A stretch of 64,000 nt of DNA from positions 2,536-66,535 of the forward strand of contig WFUO01000060.1 of NCBI GenBank assembly GCA_015484945.1, given 5' to 3'. Shown here piece by piece: positions 43,751 to 57,214 of the stretch (its first letter is position 1; every line of letters begins with the position of its first letter). The DNA comes from Gammaproteobacteria bacterium. Its GTDB lineage: Bacteria; Pseudomonadota; Gammaproteobacteria; WFUO01. Under the pieces are notes generated by a model, which saw only the letters and a program-made list of their open reading frames with translations, was not told the DNA's origin and made no database searches. The position numbers and the translations under genes are program-made.

Positions 43751-44410
43751 TCAGCCGCGCTGTTTTTCGCGGATCTCGTCCAGGGTCTTGCAGTCGATGC
43801 ACAGGGTGGCCGTGGGGCGCGCTTCCAGGCGTCGAATGCCGATCTCGATACCACAGGATTCACAGTATCCATATTCGCCGTTTTCCAGATCGATCAAGGA
43901 TTCCTCGATCTTCTTGATCAATTTGCGCTCACGATCCCTGGCGCGCAGTTCGAGGCTGAACTCGGATTCCTGCGTGGCGCGGTCGTTGGGATCCGGGAAG
44001 TTGGCCGCCTCGTCCTGCATGTGATGCACGGTACGATCGACTTCCTCCATCAGCTCGCGTTTCCAGCCCAGCAACAGGTTGCGGAAGTGTTCGCGCTGGG
44101 CCTCATTCATGTATTCCTCGCCCTTCTTTTCCTTGTAGGGCGTGAAATCGTCATATTGGTCACTGCTGGTGCGCTTTTTGACCGTGGTTTTCTTGGTTGT
44201 CTTCTTTTTCTTTGAAACGGCTTTTTTAGCGGCAACCTTTTTCTTCTTCACAGCAGTCTTTTTCTTCGTGACGGTTTTTTTCTTGGTCACGGTCTTCTTT
44301 TTGCTGACAGCCTTCCTGGTCGCGGCCTTTTTGCTCACGGTCTTTTTGGCGGCAGCCTTCTTTTTGGCTGGCGTCTTCTTTGCGGTTTTCTTGCTGGCTT
44401 TGGGCATCAT
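43751..44410 (-). CDS. dksA: RNA polymerase-binding protein DksA with N-terminal Lys-rich extension
   Basis: SD GGAG; EEYMNE, DPNDRA coiled-coil tip and CESC...CIDC zinc finger; first 80 aa are K/A/T/V repeats. Confidence 0.96.
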   Translation of the reverse strand: MMPKASKKTAKKTPAKKKAAAKKTVSKKAATRKAVSKKKTVTKKKTVTKKKTAVKKKKVAAKKAVSKKKKTTKKTTVKKRTSSDQYDDFTPYKEKKGEEYMNEAQREHFRNLLLGWKRELMEEVDRTVHHMQDEAANFPDPNDRATQESEFSLELRARDRERKLIKKIEESLIDLENGEYGYCESCGIEIGIRRLEARPTATLCIDCKTLDEIREKQRG

Positions 44411-44641
44411 CCACTCCTGCCTGTGAATATCGCCGATATCCGCACGGATTCAGTGTCCGGAATTCGGTAAGCCTCCGGATTCTACACAAACCGGGCGATT
44501 TTACAACCACTGAGGGAGCATCACCCACACGGATTACGGGTCGAATATCGGCGCGTTTCCCAGTATCCTACGCGCCAGTTTTTCGGAAGTTCCGGCGGTC
44601 TCGTTCGGGTTGACGGACTTCCTTCACCCGGACATGAATCG

Positions 44642-45403
44642 ATGAGTAACCTGCAAGCCCTGTTGTTCGATGTCGATGGCACTCTGGCGGATACCGAGAA
44701 AGACGGTCACCGCGTGGCCTTCAACCGCGCTTTCAGCGAGGCCGGACTGGACTGGCGATGGTCGGTGGACACCTATGCTGAATTGCTGTCGGTGACAGGC
44801 GGCAAAGAGCGCATCCGATATTATCTGGACCACTATTTGCCGGCGTTCGAGCCACCCGGCAAGGCCGATGAATGGATTGCCGGTCTGCACGCCGCCAAGA
44901 CCCGTCATTACACCGGCATGCTGTCGCAAGGCCTGATACCGCTGCGCCCCGGCGTACGGCGCCTGCTGCGTGAGGCCAGGGAGGCCGGCCTGCGTCTGGC
45001 GATTGCCACCACCACCACGCCAGCCAATGTGACGGCCCTGCTGGAGCATTCGCTGGCGCCCGGATCGAGCGACTGGTTCGAGGTCATCGCCGCCGGTGAT
45101 GTCGTACCCGCCAAGAAACCGGCGCCGGACATCTATCACTATGCGCTGGCGCGGATGGGGCTGAAGCCGGAACAATGCCTTGCCTTCGAGGACTCGCGCA
45201 ATGGTATTCTGTCTGCCACCGGCGCGGGGTTGAAGACCGTGATCACGGTCAACGACTATACGCGCAATGATGATTTCCATGAGGCCGTGGTGGTGCTGAG
45301 CCACCTTGGAGAACCGGACCAGCCCTTCGAGGTGCTGGCAGGAGACACGGGTGATGCAAGCCATGTGGACATTCCACTGCTGGAGCGCCTGCACAGGGAT
45401 TGA
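44642..45403 (+). CDS. cbbY: CbbY-like HAD hydrolase (xylulose-1,5-bisphosphate phosphatase family)
   Basis: FDVDGTLADTEKDGHRVAFNRAF, VTGGKERI, IATTTT, KKPAPDIY and FEDS motifs typical of CbbY. Confidence 0.85.
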   Translation: MSNLQALLFDVDGTLADTEKDGHRVAFNRAFSEAGLDWRWSVDTYAELLSVTGGKERIRYYLDHYLPAFEPPGKADEWIAGLHAAKTRHYTGMLSQGLIPLRPGVRRLLREAREAGLRLAIATTTTPANVTALLEHSLAPGSSDWFEVIAAGDVVPAKKPAPDIYHYALARMGLKPEQCLAFEDSRNGILSATGAGLKTVITVNDYTRNDDFHEAVVVLSHLGEPDQPFEVLAGDTGDASHVDIPLLERLHRD

Positions 45404-46563
45404 CGATGACTGAGCTGGCTGCGCGCCTGGCGGCCATCGAGCCGTTCCGGGTCATGGCCCTGCTGGCGCGGGCGCGCGAGCTGGAGGCTGCTGGCCGTTC
45501 CATCGTGCATATGGAGATCGGCGAGCCCGATTTCGAGTCGCCGGCGGCGGTGGTGGCCGCCGGCATCGACGCCCTGCAGCGCGGCCGCACCCATTACACG
45601 CCAGCCGCCGGCCTGCCGGCTCTGCGCGAGTCGATCGCCTCTTATTACGCGCACCGTTATGGTGTCGATGTGCCGCCCTCCCGCATCCTGATTACGCCGG
45701 GGGCCTCCGGCGCCCTGTTGCTGGCCATGGCCGCGCTGATCAATCCGGGCGCCAAGGTCATGCACACCGACCCCGGCTACCCCTGCAACCGCAATTTCGT
45801 GCGCTTGTTCGATGCCGAACCGGTAAGCGTGAGACTGGATGCCGCGGACGGCTTCCGGCTTGACGTGCAACGCCTGCGGGAGGCCTGGCAGCCTGGTATC
45901 CGGGTGCTGATATTGGCCTCGCCGTCCAATCCTACCGGTGCGGTACTGGATGCCGGCACCCTTCGTGAGATCGCCGCGTTTGCACACAAGCGCGGCGCCA
46001 CGGTAATCATGGACGAGATCTATCACGGGCTGGTTTATGGTGAACCGGCGCCGACCATGCTTGCCTGTACCGATGAGGCATTGGTGATCAACAGTTTCTC
46101 CAAGTATTTTGGCATGACCGGCTGGCGGCTGGGCTGGCTGGTGGCCCCGCAAGCGATGATCCCGGGCCTGGACCGGCTGGCGCAAAACATATTTCTGGCC
46201 GCGCCGACCATGGCCCAGTATGCGGCCTGCGCGGTGTTCAAAGCCGATACGCTGGCCCAGTTGGAGGAGCGCCGTGAGGTGTTGCGGCAGCGCCGGGATT
46301 TCCTTGTTCCGGCGTTGCGTGATATCGGCTTCGGCATCGATGCCGACCCGCAGGGTGCTTTCTACGCCTATGCAGACTGCAGTCATTTCAGCGACGACAG
46401 CCAGGCGCTGTGCGAGCGCTTGCTGGAGGATGTTGGTGTGGCGATCACCCCTGGTCTGGACTTTGGCGCCCATCAGGCGTCACGCTTCGTGCGTTTTGCC
46501 TGGACCACTGGCATGGCGCAACTCGAGGAGGGCGTGAGGCGATTACGGGAGGCATTGTCGTGA
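45400..46563 (+). CDS. PLP-dependent class I/II aminotransferase
   Basis: HMEIGEPDF, SPSNPTG, DEIYH and SFSKYFGMTGWRLG; this family commonly lies divergent from dksA (start TTG 45400 or ATG 45406). Confidence 0.93.
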   Translation: MTMTELAARLAAIEPFRVMALLARARELEAAGRSIVHMEIGEPDFESPAAVVAAGIDALQRGRTHYTPAAGLPALRESIASYYAHRYGVDVPPSRILITPGASGALLLAMAALINPGAKVMHTDPGYPCNRNFVRLFDAEPVSVRLDAADGFRLDVQRLREAWQPGIRVLILASPSNPTGAVLDAGTLREIAAFAHKRGATVIMDEIYHGLVYGEPAPTMLACTDEALVINSFSKYFGMTGWRLGWLVAPQAMIPGLDRLAQNIFLAAPTMAQYAACAVFKADTLAQLEERREVLRQRRDFLVPALRDIGFGIDADPQGAFYAYADCSHFSDDSQALCERLLEDVGVAITPGLDFGAHQASRFVRFAWTTGMAQLEEGVRRLREALS

Positions 46564-48116
46564 GGCTGTTTCTGATATGGCTGCTGCCGCTGGTAGCGGT
46601 GGCTGGCGAGCCCGAGATACTGGCTTCCGGCTTGACGGCCATCGACAACATCGCGCTGGGTGACAGGGGCGAGGTCTATGCCACGCTGGAGCGCCGCGCG
46701 CCGCACGGACGCCTGGTGCGTATCCGCAATGGCAAGGCCGAGACCCTGATCACGGGCCTGGACCGACCGGATGGGCTTGTCCGGCGCGGACCCTGGTTGT
46801 ATCTGACCGAAGAGGTCGGAAATGGGCGCATCATTCGTTATGATCTGCGCACCGGCAAATGGAAGGTGCTGGCGAGACTGGCATATCCCGAGGGTATCGT
46901 TGCGGACGCCGACGGGACCCTGTGGATATCACTGGACCGGCGCCAGGGGCGTGTCGTGCGCCTGCGTCCTGGGGGCACGCCCGAGACCGTGATCACCGGC
47001 CTGAACCGGCCCGAGGGACTGTGCCGGGCAGCCGATGGCAGCCTGGCGATCGCCGAAACCGCGACCGGTCGGGTGCTGGTCTGGCAAAAGCGGCGCCTGC
47101 GGGTACTGGCCGGTGGCCTGACAGAGCCGGATCAGCTTCATTGCGCCGCCAATGGCGACATCCTTGTCAGTGAGGATGCCGATCCCGGACGAATCTGGCG
47201 TATTCACAAGGGGCGCTCACAGGTGATCCACACAGGCCTGCGTTCGCCCCAGGGGTTGCGCGTGGACGTTCAGGGTCGTATGTATGTGGCCGAGCAAGGC
47301 AGCGGGCGCCTGTTGCGCATGCAGGCAAGGCCGGCAGTGCTGTGGCGGCGGCTGGAGCGGGGTCTGTCGCTGGCGGTATTGCCATCCCCATTGACACCTT
47401 CCACGCGGGATCAGGCGATCAACGTACTGCGCATCGAGCCACGCTATTTTCGTTTTCATCTGCTGATGGCCGCGGCAAGCAGAGATGGCAGGCCTTTGCC
47501 GGTTTGGGCCTGGGTACGCAAACATGGTCTGGTGGCCGCCATCAACGCCAGCATGTACCAGCGGGACCATCGCACCAGTGTCGCTTACATGCGTCGGCAT
47601 GCTTACCGCAACAATCCCCGCCTGAGCCGCGACAACAGCTTTCTGGTCTTTGACCCTGTTTCTCCCCGTCTGCCCGACGTGCGTCTGCTGGATCGCGAGT
47701 GTGACGATATCCGCAAGGGTCTGCGGCAATACCGGGTGGTGGTGCAGAGCATTCGCATGATCTCGTGCAAGGGCCGCAATGTCTGGTCGCCGCAGCCACA
47801 GCGCTGGAGTACGGCCTTGATCGCCCAGGATCGCCAGGGAAGGATATTGTTCATCCATGCGCGACCCGCGTTGAGTACACACAGGTTGATCCGCATGCTG
47901 CAGACCCTGCCACTCGATATCATGCGCGCCATGTACGTGGAGGGCGGGCCCCAGGCGCAGCTCTATATAGACAGCACCGGCGGACGTTTTCATTTCACCG
48001 GTCTGCCAGCCCCTGGGCTCGATAATGTCAAGTTTGGCAAGCTGGCCTGGCCGGTACCCAATGTGATCGGCATCAGCCGCCGGTCGGATGCTGTCATCCC
48101 GCGGCCATCGGACTGA
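46560..48116 (+). CDS. Secreted beta-propeller (NHL/SMP-30-like) plus phosphodiester glycosidase (NAGPA-like) fusion protein
   Basis: GTG at 46560 (GTGA overlap); signal peptide; six GLxxPxGL-type repeats; C-terminal AAINASMY, AQDRQGRILF, AMYVEGG and VPNVIGI. Confidence 0.7.
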   Translation: MRLFLIWLLPLVAVAGEPEILASGLTAIDNIALGDRGEVYATLERRAPHGRLVRIRNGKAETLITGLDRPDGLVRRGPWLYLTEEVGNGRIIRYDLRTGKWKVLARLAYPEGIVADADGTLWISLDRRQGRVVRLRPGGTPETVITGLNRPEGLCRAADGSLAIAETATGRVLVWQKRRLRVLAGGLTEPDQLHCAANGDILVSEDADPGRIWRIHKGRSQVIHTGLRSPQGLRVDVQGRMYVAEQGSGRLLRMQARPAVLWRRLERGLSLAVLPSPLTPSTRDQAINVLRIEPRYFRFHLLMAAASRDGRPLPVWAWVRKHGLVAAINASMYQRDHRTSVAYMRRHAYRNNPRLSRDNSFLVFDPVSPRLPDVRLLDRECDDIRKGLRQYRVVVQSIRMISCKGRNVWSPQPQRWSTALIAQDRQGRILFIHARPALSTHRLIRMLQTLPLDIMRAMYVEGGPQAQLYIDSTGGRFHFTGLPAPGLDNVKFGKLAWPVPNVIGISRRSDAVIPRPSD

Positions 48117-48137
48117 CCGCTTGCCAGCGCCTCCGAT

Positions 48138-49433
48138 TCAGGCGCAAGGCCTGGCAGTGGTCGGGCTGACGCCCTGCCGCGCCAGCATTGCCGCCCCCCA
48201 GGCCGCGTCACTGTGGGCCGCCGTATCGACAGGAAGACCCAGGAAGCGCTGGCGAATCTGTCGCCAGGTTTCATTGACGCTGCCGCCACCTGTGGTATGG
48301 ACGGCCGATGGCGATGGCGCACCGGCCTCGGCCAGGCGCTGGTAACCGAGGCGCTCGATGGCCGCCAGCCCCTCCAGCAGGCCGTGCAGGAACCGTCTGT
48401 CGTCGTCTGGCCGCGGTGTCAGGCGGGGCGGGTAGTCGGGATCGCAGACCGGAAAACGCTCGCCGGGCGCGGTCAGGGGATAGTAGTCCAGGCCGCTCGA
48501 TTGGGCCGGATCGATACCTGCGCTGAGCTGGCGCAACCGGGAGTCGCTGAAATACCGGCGTAATACTCCAGCGCCGGCATTCGAGGCCCCGCCCGCGACC
48601 CACAGGTTCCCTAAACGGTGGCTGTAGATGCCGTAGCGGGCATTGGCGACCGGTCGTGGTGAGACGATCTTCAGCACCATCGTGGTGCCCAGCGAGGTCA
48701 CCGCTTCGCCAGATTCCTTCGCCCCGGTGGCGATGAAGGCCGCCATGCTGTCGGTGGTACCCGCCACGACCGCGCAGTCGCGCGGCAGGCCGGTGGCATG
48801 GGCAGCCTGTGCCGACACGCGGCCGATGACGCTGCCTGGCTCGCGCACATCGGGCAGAATCTCCATCGGCAGGCCGGTGGCTGCCAGCCAGTCCGGCCAG
48901 CGCTGCGCGGCAGGGTCGTAACCCAGTTTGAGGGCGTTATTGAGGTCGCTGGCCGGCTGCTTTCCATGCAGGCAGGCTGCCAGCCAGTCGGCCTGGTGGG
49001 CGACCCGGGCCAGATCATTGCCGTAGTGGCGCATGAAGCCGAGCGCCTTCGCCAGGCTGGACGTGGGTCCGCGCGCCGGGCTGTCCAGCGGCGCATGGCG
49101 GGCGATGATACCCGCCGCCTCGACCTGGCTGCTGTCGTTGTACAGGCGCGACGGCCCGATCGGCTGGCCGTCACGGCCCAGGGGCAGGAGGGTGGCCGAA
49201 GTGCCGTCGATGGCCACGGCGCGTACATCACGGGGATCGATGCGCGTATGCATCTCACGCAGCAGACGCCACAGGGCCTCGCGCCAGTGCGCGGCGTCCT
49301 GCAGGCGTTCCCGCTGGCGTGAGCGGGCCGGCGGCAGTGTCAGCGCCACCTGGCCCAGCAGCCGATCATCGGCATCGATGGCCACCGCCCGGCAGCCACT
49401 GGTGCCAAAGTCGATGCCGATAAAAATATCCAT
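48138..49433 (-). CDS. FGGY-family carbohydrate kinase, D-ribulose kinase-like (AtXK-1/SePSK type)
   Basis: GIDFGTSG, IDGTSAT, HQADW, NNALKLGYD, GTTDS, TSLGTT, YSHRLG, GGASN and DYYPL..PGERFP. Confidence 0.85.
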   Translation of the reverse strand: MDIFIGIDFGTSGCRAVAIDADDRLLGQVALTLPPARSRQRERLQDAAHWREALWRLLREMHTRIDPRDVRAVAIDGTSATLLPLGRDGQPIGPSRLYNDSSQVEAAGIIARHAPLDSPARGPTSSLAKALGFMRHYGNDLARVAHQADWLAACLHGKQPASDLNNALKLGYDPAAQRWPDWLAATGLPMEILPDVREPGSVIGRVSAQAAHATGLPRDCAVVAGTTDSMAAFIATGAKESGEAVTSLGTTMVLKIVSPRPVANARYGIYSHRLGNLWVAGGASNAGAGVLRRYFSDSRLRQLSAGIDPAQSSGLDYYPLTAPGERFPVCDPDYPPRLTPRPDDDRRFLHGLLEGLAAIERLGYQRLAEAGAPSPSAVHTTGGGSVNETWRQIRQRFLGLPVDTAAHSDAAWGAAMLARQGVSPTTARPCA

Positions 49434-49457
49434 TAAACAGTAAGATAACTATCCAGG

Positions 49458-49847
49458 TTAAGGTAATTTCACAGGTTCTGGCGGGTGCCATTTCGGGTCG
49501 CGGTATTCGGCCACCACGTCGGTGTAGATGCCGCCGCGCACCTTGAATTCGGCAGTCAGGCGCATGAAGCGTGGCGCGCAGGCACGTACCAGGTCATCCA
49601 GAATGCGGTTGGTGACATCTTCATGAAAGGCGCCCTCGTCGCGGAACGACCAGATATAGAGCTTGAGCGACTTGAGCTCCACGCAGCGCTGGTCGGGGAC
49701 GTATTCAAGCAACAACTCGGCGAAGTCCGGCTGCCCTGTCTTCGGGCACAGACAGGTGAATTCCGGCATCCGGATACGGATGGTGTAGTCGCGTTGCGGA
49801 TGGGGATTGTCAAAGGTTTCAAGGTCTTTGCTGGGTTTACTGGGCAT
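49458..49847 (-). CDS. queF: NADPH-dependent preQ0 reductase QueF (short, unimodular type)
   Basis: [26 protein letters not shown] and RGGI; 129 aa. Confidence 0.96.
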   Translation of the reverse strand: MPSKPSKDLETFDNPHPQRDYTIRIRMPEFTCLCPKTGQPDFAELLLEYVPDQRCVELKSLKLYIWSFRDEGAFHEDVTNRILDDLVRACAPRFMRLTAEFKVRGGIYTDVVAEYRDPKWHPPEPVKLP

Positions 49848-49982
49848 GGTGATTCCGTCGGCTGATGCAGTGATGACACAATGAATAAAATACTTTACAC
49901 GAATCGCATTTCATCCGACACTATCGCGAGGCGCGGCGCACTGGCCGTATTCGTGTAAAACGATAAAATATCCAAGGTTTTC

Positions 49983-52900
49983 ATGCGCTTAAGCAAAATC
50001 AAGTTGGCAGGTTTCAAATCCTTCGTGGATCCGACCACGCTCACCCTGCCAAGCAATCTGGTCGGGGTCGTCGGCCCCAACGGTTGTGGAAAATCCAATG
50101 TCATCGATGCCGTGCGTTGGGTCATGGGCGAGTCCTCGGCCAAGCATCTGCGCGGTGATTCCATGGCCGATGTGATCTTCAACGGCTCCAGCTCGCGCAA
50201 GCCGGTCGGCCATGCGTCGGTGGAACTGGTGTTCGACAATGCCGACGGGACCATCGGCGGCGAATACGCCAAGTTCAGCGAGATCTCCATCCGTCGCCAG
50301 GTCTCGCGTGATGGGCAATCCACCTATTACCTCAATGGCGCGCGTTGCAGGCGGCGTGACATCACCGACATCTTCCTTGGCACCGGCCTGGGCCCGCGCA
50401 GCTATTCGATCATCGAGCAGGGCATGATCTCACGTCTGATCGAAGCCAAGCCGGAGGAATTGCGCGTCTATCTGGAAGAAGCGGCGGGTATCTCCAAGTA
50501 CAAGGAACGCCGCCGGGAGACCGAGAACCGGATTCGTCATACAAGGGAGAATCTTGAAAGACTCAATGACTTGCGTGAAGAAGTTGATAAACAACTTCAG
50601 CATCTGAAGCGACAGGCGCGCACCGCTGAGCGCTACAAGGAGCTCAAGCAGGAGGAACGCCGCCTGAAGGCCGAATTGCTGGCCTTGCGCCTGCAAGCCC
50701 TGGATACCGAGGCCGAGGCACAGGAAAGGGTCATCCGCGAGCACGAGACGGCACTCGAGGCCGCGGTTGCCCGTCAGCGCGCCATCGAGGCCGAGCTGGA
50801 ACGTCAGCGTGCGTCGCATGTCGAGGCCACCGATGCCTTCAACGAGGTACAGGCGCGTTTCTACGGTATCGGCAGCGATATCTCGCGTCTGGAACAGGCC
50901 ATTCAGCATGGCAAGGACATGCGCCACAAGCAGCAGGAGGACCTGCGGCAGATTATGCGCAGTCGCGCCGAGCTGGACAGTCATATCGACGCCGACCGGC
51001 AACGGGTCAGCGAGCTCGAAGCCCGGCTCGCTGAGGCTGAACCTTCGCTTGCGCAGCTGAGTGAGAGGCGTGAGCAGGCCGCCACGCAACTGCAGGAAGC
51101 CGAGACGGCCATGCAGGACTGGCAGCAGCGCTGGGAAGCATTCAACAATCGCTCTGCGGAATCTTCGGAATCCGCCCAGGTCGAACGAACCCGCATTGAT
51201 CATCTCGAGCGTCACATCATCCAGTTGCAGCAGCGCCTCGACAAGCTAGACGAGGAAGACCGCAGCCTGGTCGTCGAGACACTGGAACGTGAAGCGGCTG
51301 ATCATGGCGGACAGGCGGACGAACTCGCCAGCCGGGTGGCCGAATTACAGTCCCTTCTCGACGCCACGCGCGACGAGATCGAGCAACAGCGCGAAACCCG
51401 CCAGCGCATCGAGCACGAACTTGGCGAACGACGTGGACGCATGCAGGATCTGCGTGGACGCCTGGCCTCCCTGCATGCCCTGCAGCAAGCGGCCCTGGGC
51501 CAGGGAGACGGTGCGGTAAGCGAATGGCTTGCGAGACAGGGTCTCGGCGATGCCACGCGCCTGGCGCAGCGGCTCGAAGTGGATAGCGGCTGGGAACATG
51601 CCCTCGAGACCGTGTTAGGCACACACCTCGAGGCCGTTTGTGTCGATGGCCTGGATCCACTGGCCGAAATCCTCGACTCGCTGCAGGAAGGTGGGCTGAC
51701 ACTGTTCGATACCCGTCAGCAGGGCAGCCGCGATCCTGCCGGTCAGGGGCACATGTTGCTTGACCACGTTCGCGCCCCCTGGCCACTGGACAGCCTATTG
51801 GGTGGCATCCATGTTGCGCATAGTCTGGGCGAAGCCCTGGCCTTGCGTGATCGCCTGGGCGTGCGGGAGTCGGTCATCACCGCTGACGGTATCTGGATGG
51901 GCAAGGGCTGGTTACGAGTTGCGCGAGACAACGACGAACATGCCGGCGTATTGGCGCGCGAGAAAGAGATCAAGCAGCTCGAACAGGCGCTCGAATCACT
52001 CGCGGCCGACACCGAGCGTCTGCAAGCGCAGCTCGATGAGAGCCGCGAGGCCGAGCGTGCGCTGGAGATCCGGCGCGAGGAACTGCAACAGGAGATCAAC
52101 CAGGCCCATCGCCGACAATCCGAGCTCAGCGCCCGTGCGAGCAACATCCATGTACGTATCGAGCAGGTGCGTGAACGCAAGCAGGCGATCGCGCGCGAGC
52201 GTGACGAATTGGGTGCGCAGATCGAGCAGGATACCGCGGAGGCGCGCCAGGCGCGTACCCGCCTGGAGACGCTGGTTGCCCAGATGGCCGGTATAGAACA
52301 GGAACGCGAGGGCCTGATGGCTGAACGCGACCGTTTGCAGTCGGCGTTGGAGCAGGCGCGCAAACAGGCGCGCGAGGCGAGTGAGCAGGCGCACGGTATG
52401 GCGCTGGAGGTGCAGACCATGCGCAGCCAGCTCGAGGCTACACGTCAGGGGCTGGCGCGCATGGAATCCCAACTCGACGAATTGAGTCAGCGCCAGCAGG
52501 TGTTGGAAGAGGTACTGGAGAACAGTCAGGCGCCAATCTCAGCGCAGGAACAGGAACTGGCCGCGCTGTTGGAACAGCGGGTCACGGTCGAGGCCGAACT
52601 GGGCGAGGCCAGAAAACGGCTCGAGGACATCGATGAACGCGTACGGACTCTGGAACAGCAACGCAGTGAGGCAGAACAGGATGTGCAATCGGTGCGCGCC
52701 GACCAGGAACAGTCGCGCATCGCCTTTCAGGAAATCAGGGTGCGCCGCCAGACCCTGCGCGAGCAGTTGGACGAGACCGGTTTTTCACAACAGGAATTGC
52801 TCGAGCAAATCGAGGCGGATGCCAGTATCGATATGTGGCAGGAACGGGTGGAAAAGATGGCTGCGCGTATTCAGCGCCTGGGCCCCATCAACCTGGCGGC

Positions 52901-53492
52901 CATCGACGAATTCGCCGAGCAGTCCGAGCGCAAGGTCTATCTCGACTCGCAATTCGAAGACGTGACCGAGGCTTTGACGACCCTGGAAAACGCCATCCGC
53001 AAGATCGACCGCGAGACACGTACGCGTTTCAAGGAAACCTTCGACAAGGTCAACGCCGGACTCAAGGCCATGTTTCCACGTATGTTCGGTGGCGGCCATG
53101 CCTACCTGGAGCTGACCGGCGATGACCTGCTCGATGCCGGCGTCACCGTCATGGCGCGTCCCCCAGGTAAACGCAACAGCAGTATCCACCTGTTGTCAGG
53201 CGGCGAGAAGGCACTGACCGCCGTATCACTGGTATTCTCGATCTTTCAGCTCAATCCCGCGCCGTTCTGTATGCTCGACGAGGTCGATGCGCCACTCGAC
53301 GATGCCAATGTGGGCCGTTTCTGCGACATGGTGCGGGAGATGTCGGAGAATGTTCAGTTTATCTTCATTACACACAACAAGATCACCATGTCGATCGCCA
53401 ACCAGTTGTCCGGCGTCACCATGCATGAGCCTGGTGTATCGCGGCTGGTGGCCGTCGATGTCGAGGAAGCCGCAAAGATGGTTGCCGTCTGA
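49983..53492 (+). CDS. smc: Chromosome segregation protein SMC
   Basis: GFKSF, GPNGCGKSN, coiled coils with hinge, LSGGEK, LDEVDAPLD and ITH. Confidence 0.98.
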   Translation: MRLSKIKLAGFKSFVDPTTLTLPSNLVGVVGPNGCGKSNVIDAVRWVMGESSAKHLRGDSMADVIFNGSSSRKPVGHASVELVFDNADGTIGGEYAKFSEISIRRQVSRDGQSTYYLNGARCRRRDITDIFLGTGLGPRSYSIIEQGMISRLIEAKPEELRVYLEEAAGISKYKERRRETENRIRHTRENLERLNDLREEVDKQLQHLKRQARTAERYKELKQEERRLKAELLALRLQALDTEAEAQERVIREHETALEAAVARQRAIEAELERQRASHVEATDAFNEVQARFYGIGSDISRLEQAIQHGKDMRHKQQEDLRQIMRSRAELDSHIDADRQRVSELEARLAEAEPSLAQLSERREQAATQLQEAETAMQDWQQRWEAFNNRSAESSESAQVERTRIDHLERHIIQLQQRLDKLDEEDRSLVVETLEREAADHGGQADELASRVAELQSLLDATRDEIEQQRETRQRIEHELGERRGRMQDLRGRLASLHALQQAALGQGDGAVSEWLARQGLGDATRLAQRLEVDSGWEHALETVLGTHLEAVCVDGLDPLAEILDSLQEGGLTLFDTRQQGSRDPAGQGHMLLDHVRAPWPLDSLLGGIHVAHSLGEALALRDRLGVRESVITADGIWMGKGWLRVARDNDEHAGVLAREKEIKQLEQALESLAADTERLQAQLDESREAERALEIRREELQQEINQAHRRQSELSARASNIHVRIEQVRERKQAIARERDELGAQIEQDTAEARQARTRLETLVAQMAGIEQEREGLMAERDRLQSALEQARKQAREASEQAHGMALEVQTMRSQLEATRQGLARMESQLDELSQRQQVLEEVLENSQAPISAQEQELAALLEQRVTVEAELGEARKRLEDIDERVRTLEQQRSEAEQDVQSVRADQEQSRIAFQEIRVRRQTLREQLDETGFSQQELLEQIEADASIDMWQERVEKMAARIQRLGPINLAAIDEFAEQSERKVYLDSQFEDVTEALTTLENAIRKIDRETRTRFKETFDKVNAGLKAMFPRMFGGGHAYLELTGDDLLDAGVTVMARPPGKRNSSIHLLSGGEKALTAVSLVFSIFQLNPAPFCMLDEVDAPLDDANVGRFCDMVREMSENVQFIFITHNKITMSIANQLSGVTMHEPGVSRLVAVDVEEAAKMVAV

Positions 53493-53553
53493 GGGCATTG
53501 AGTGACGGGATGGCGGCCCGGCCGGGGCACTCCATGAGCGAGACCGGTAAACT

Positions 53554-57204
<3,651 letters not shown>

Positions 57205-57214
<10 letters not shown>

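Noticed and set aside
42706-49847. gluQ and queF proximity as a queuosine cluster
   Set aside because: Each sits in its own usual context (dksA-gluQ; queF divergent from smc) with unrelated genes between them.
49848-49982. preQ1 riboswitch upstream of queF
   Set aside because: The minus strand lacks the short GGTTC-type stem-loop with an A-rich tail.
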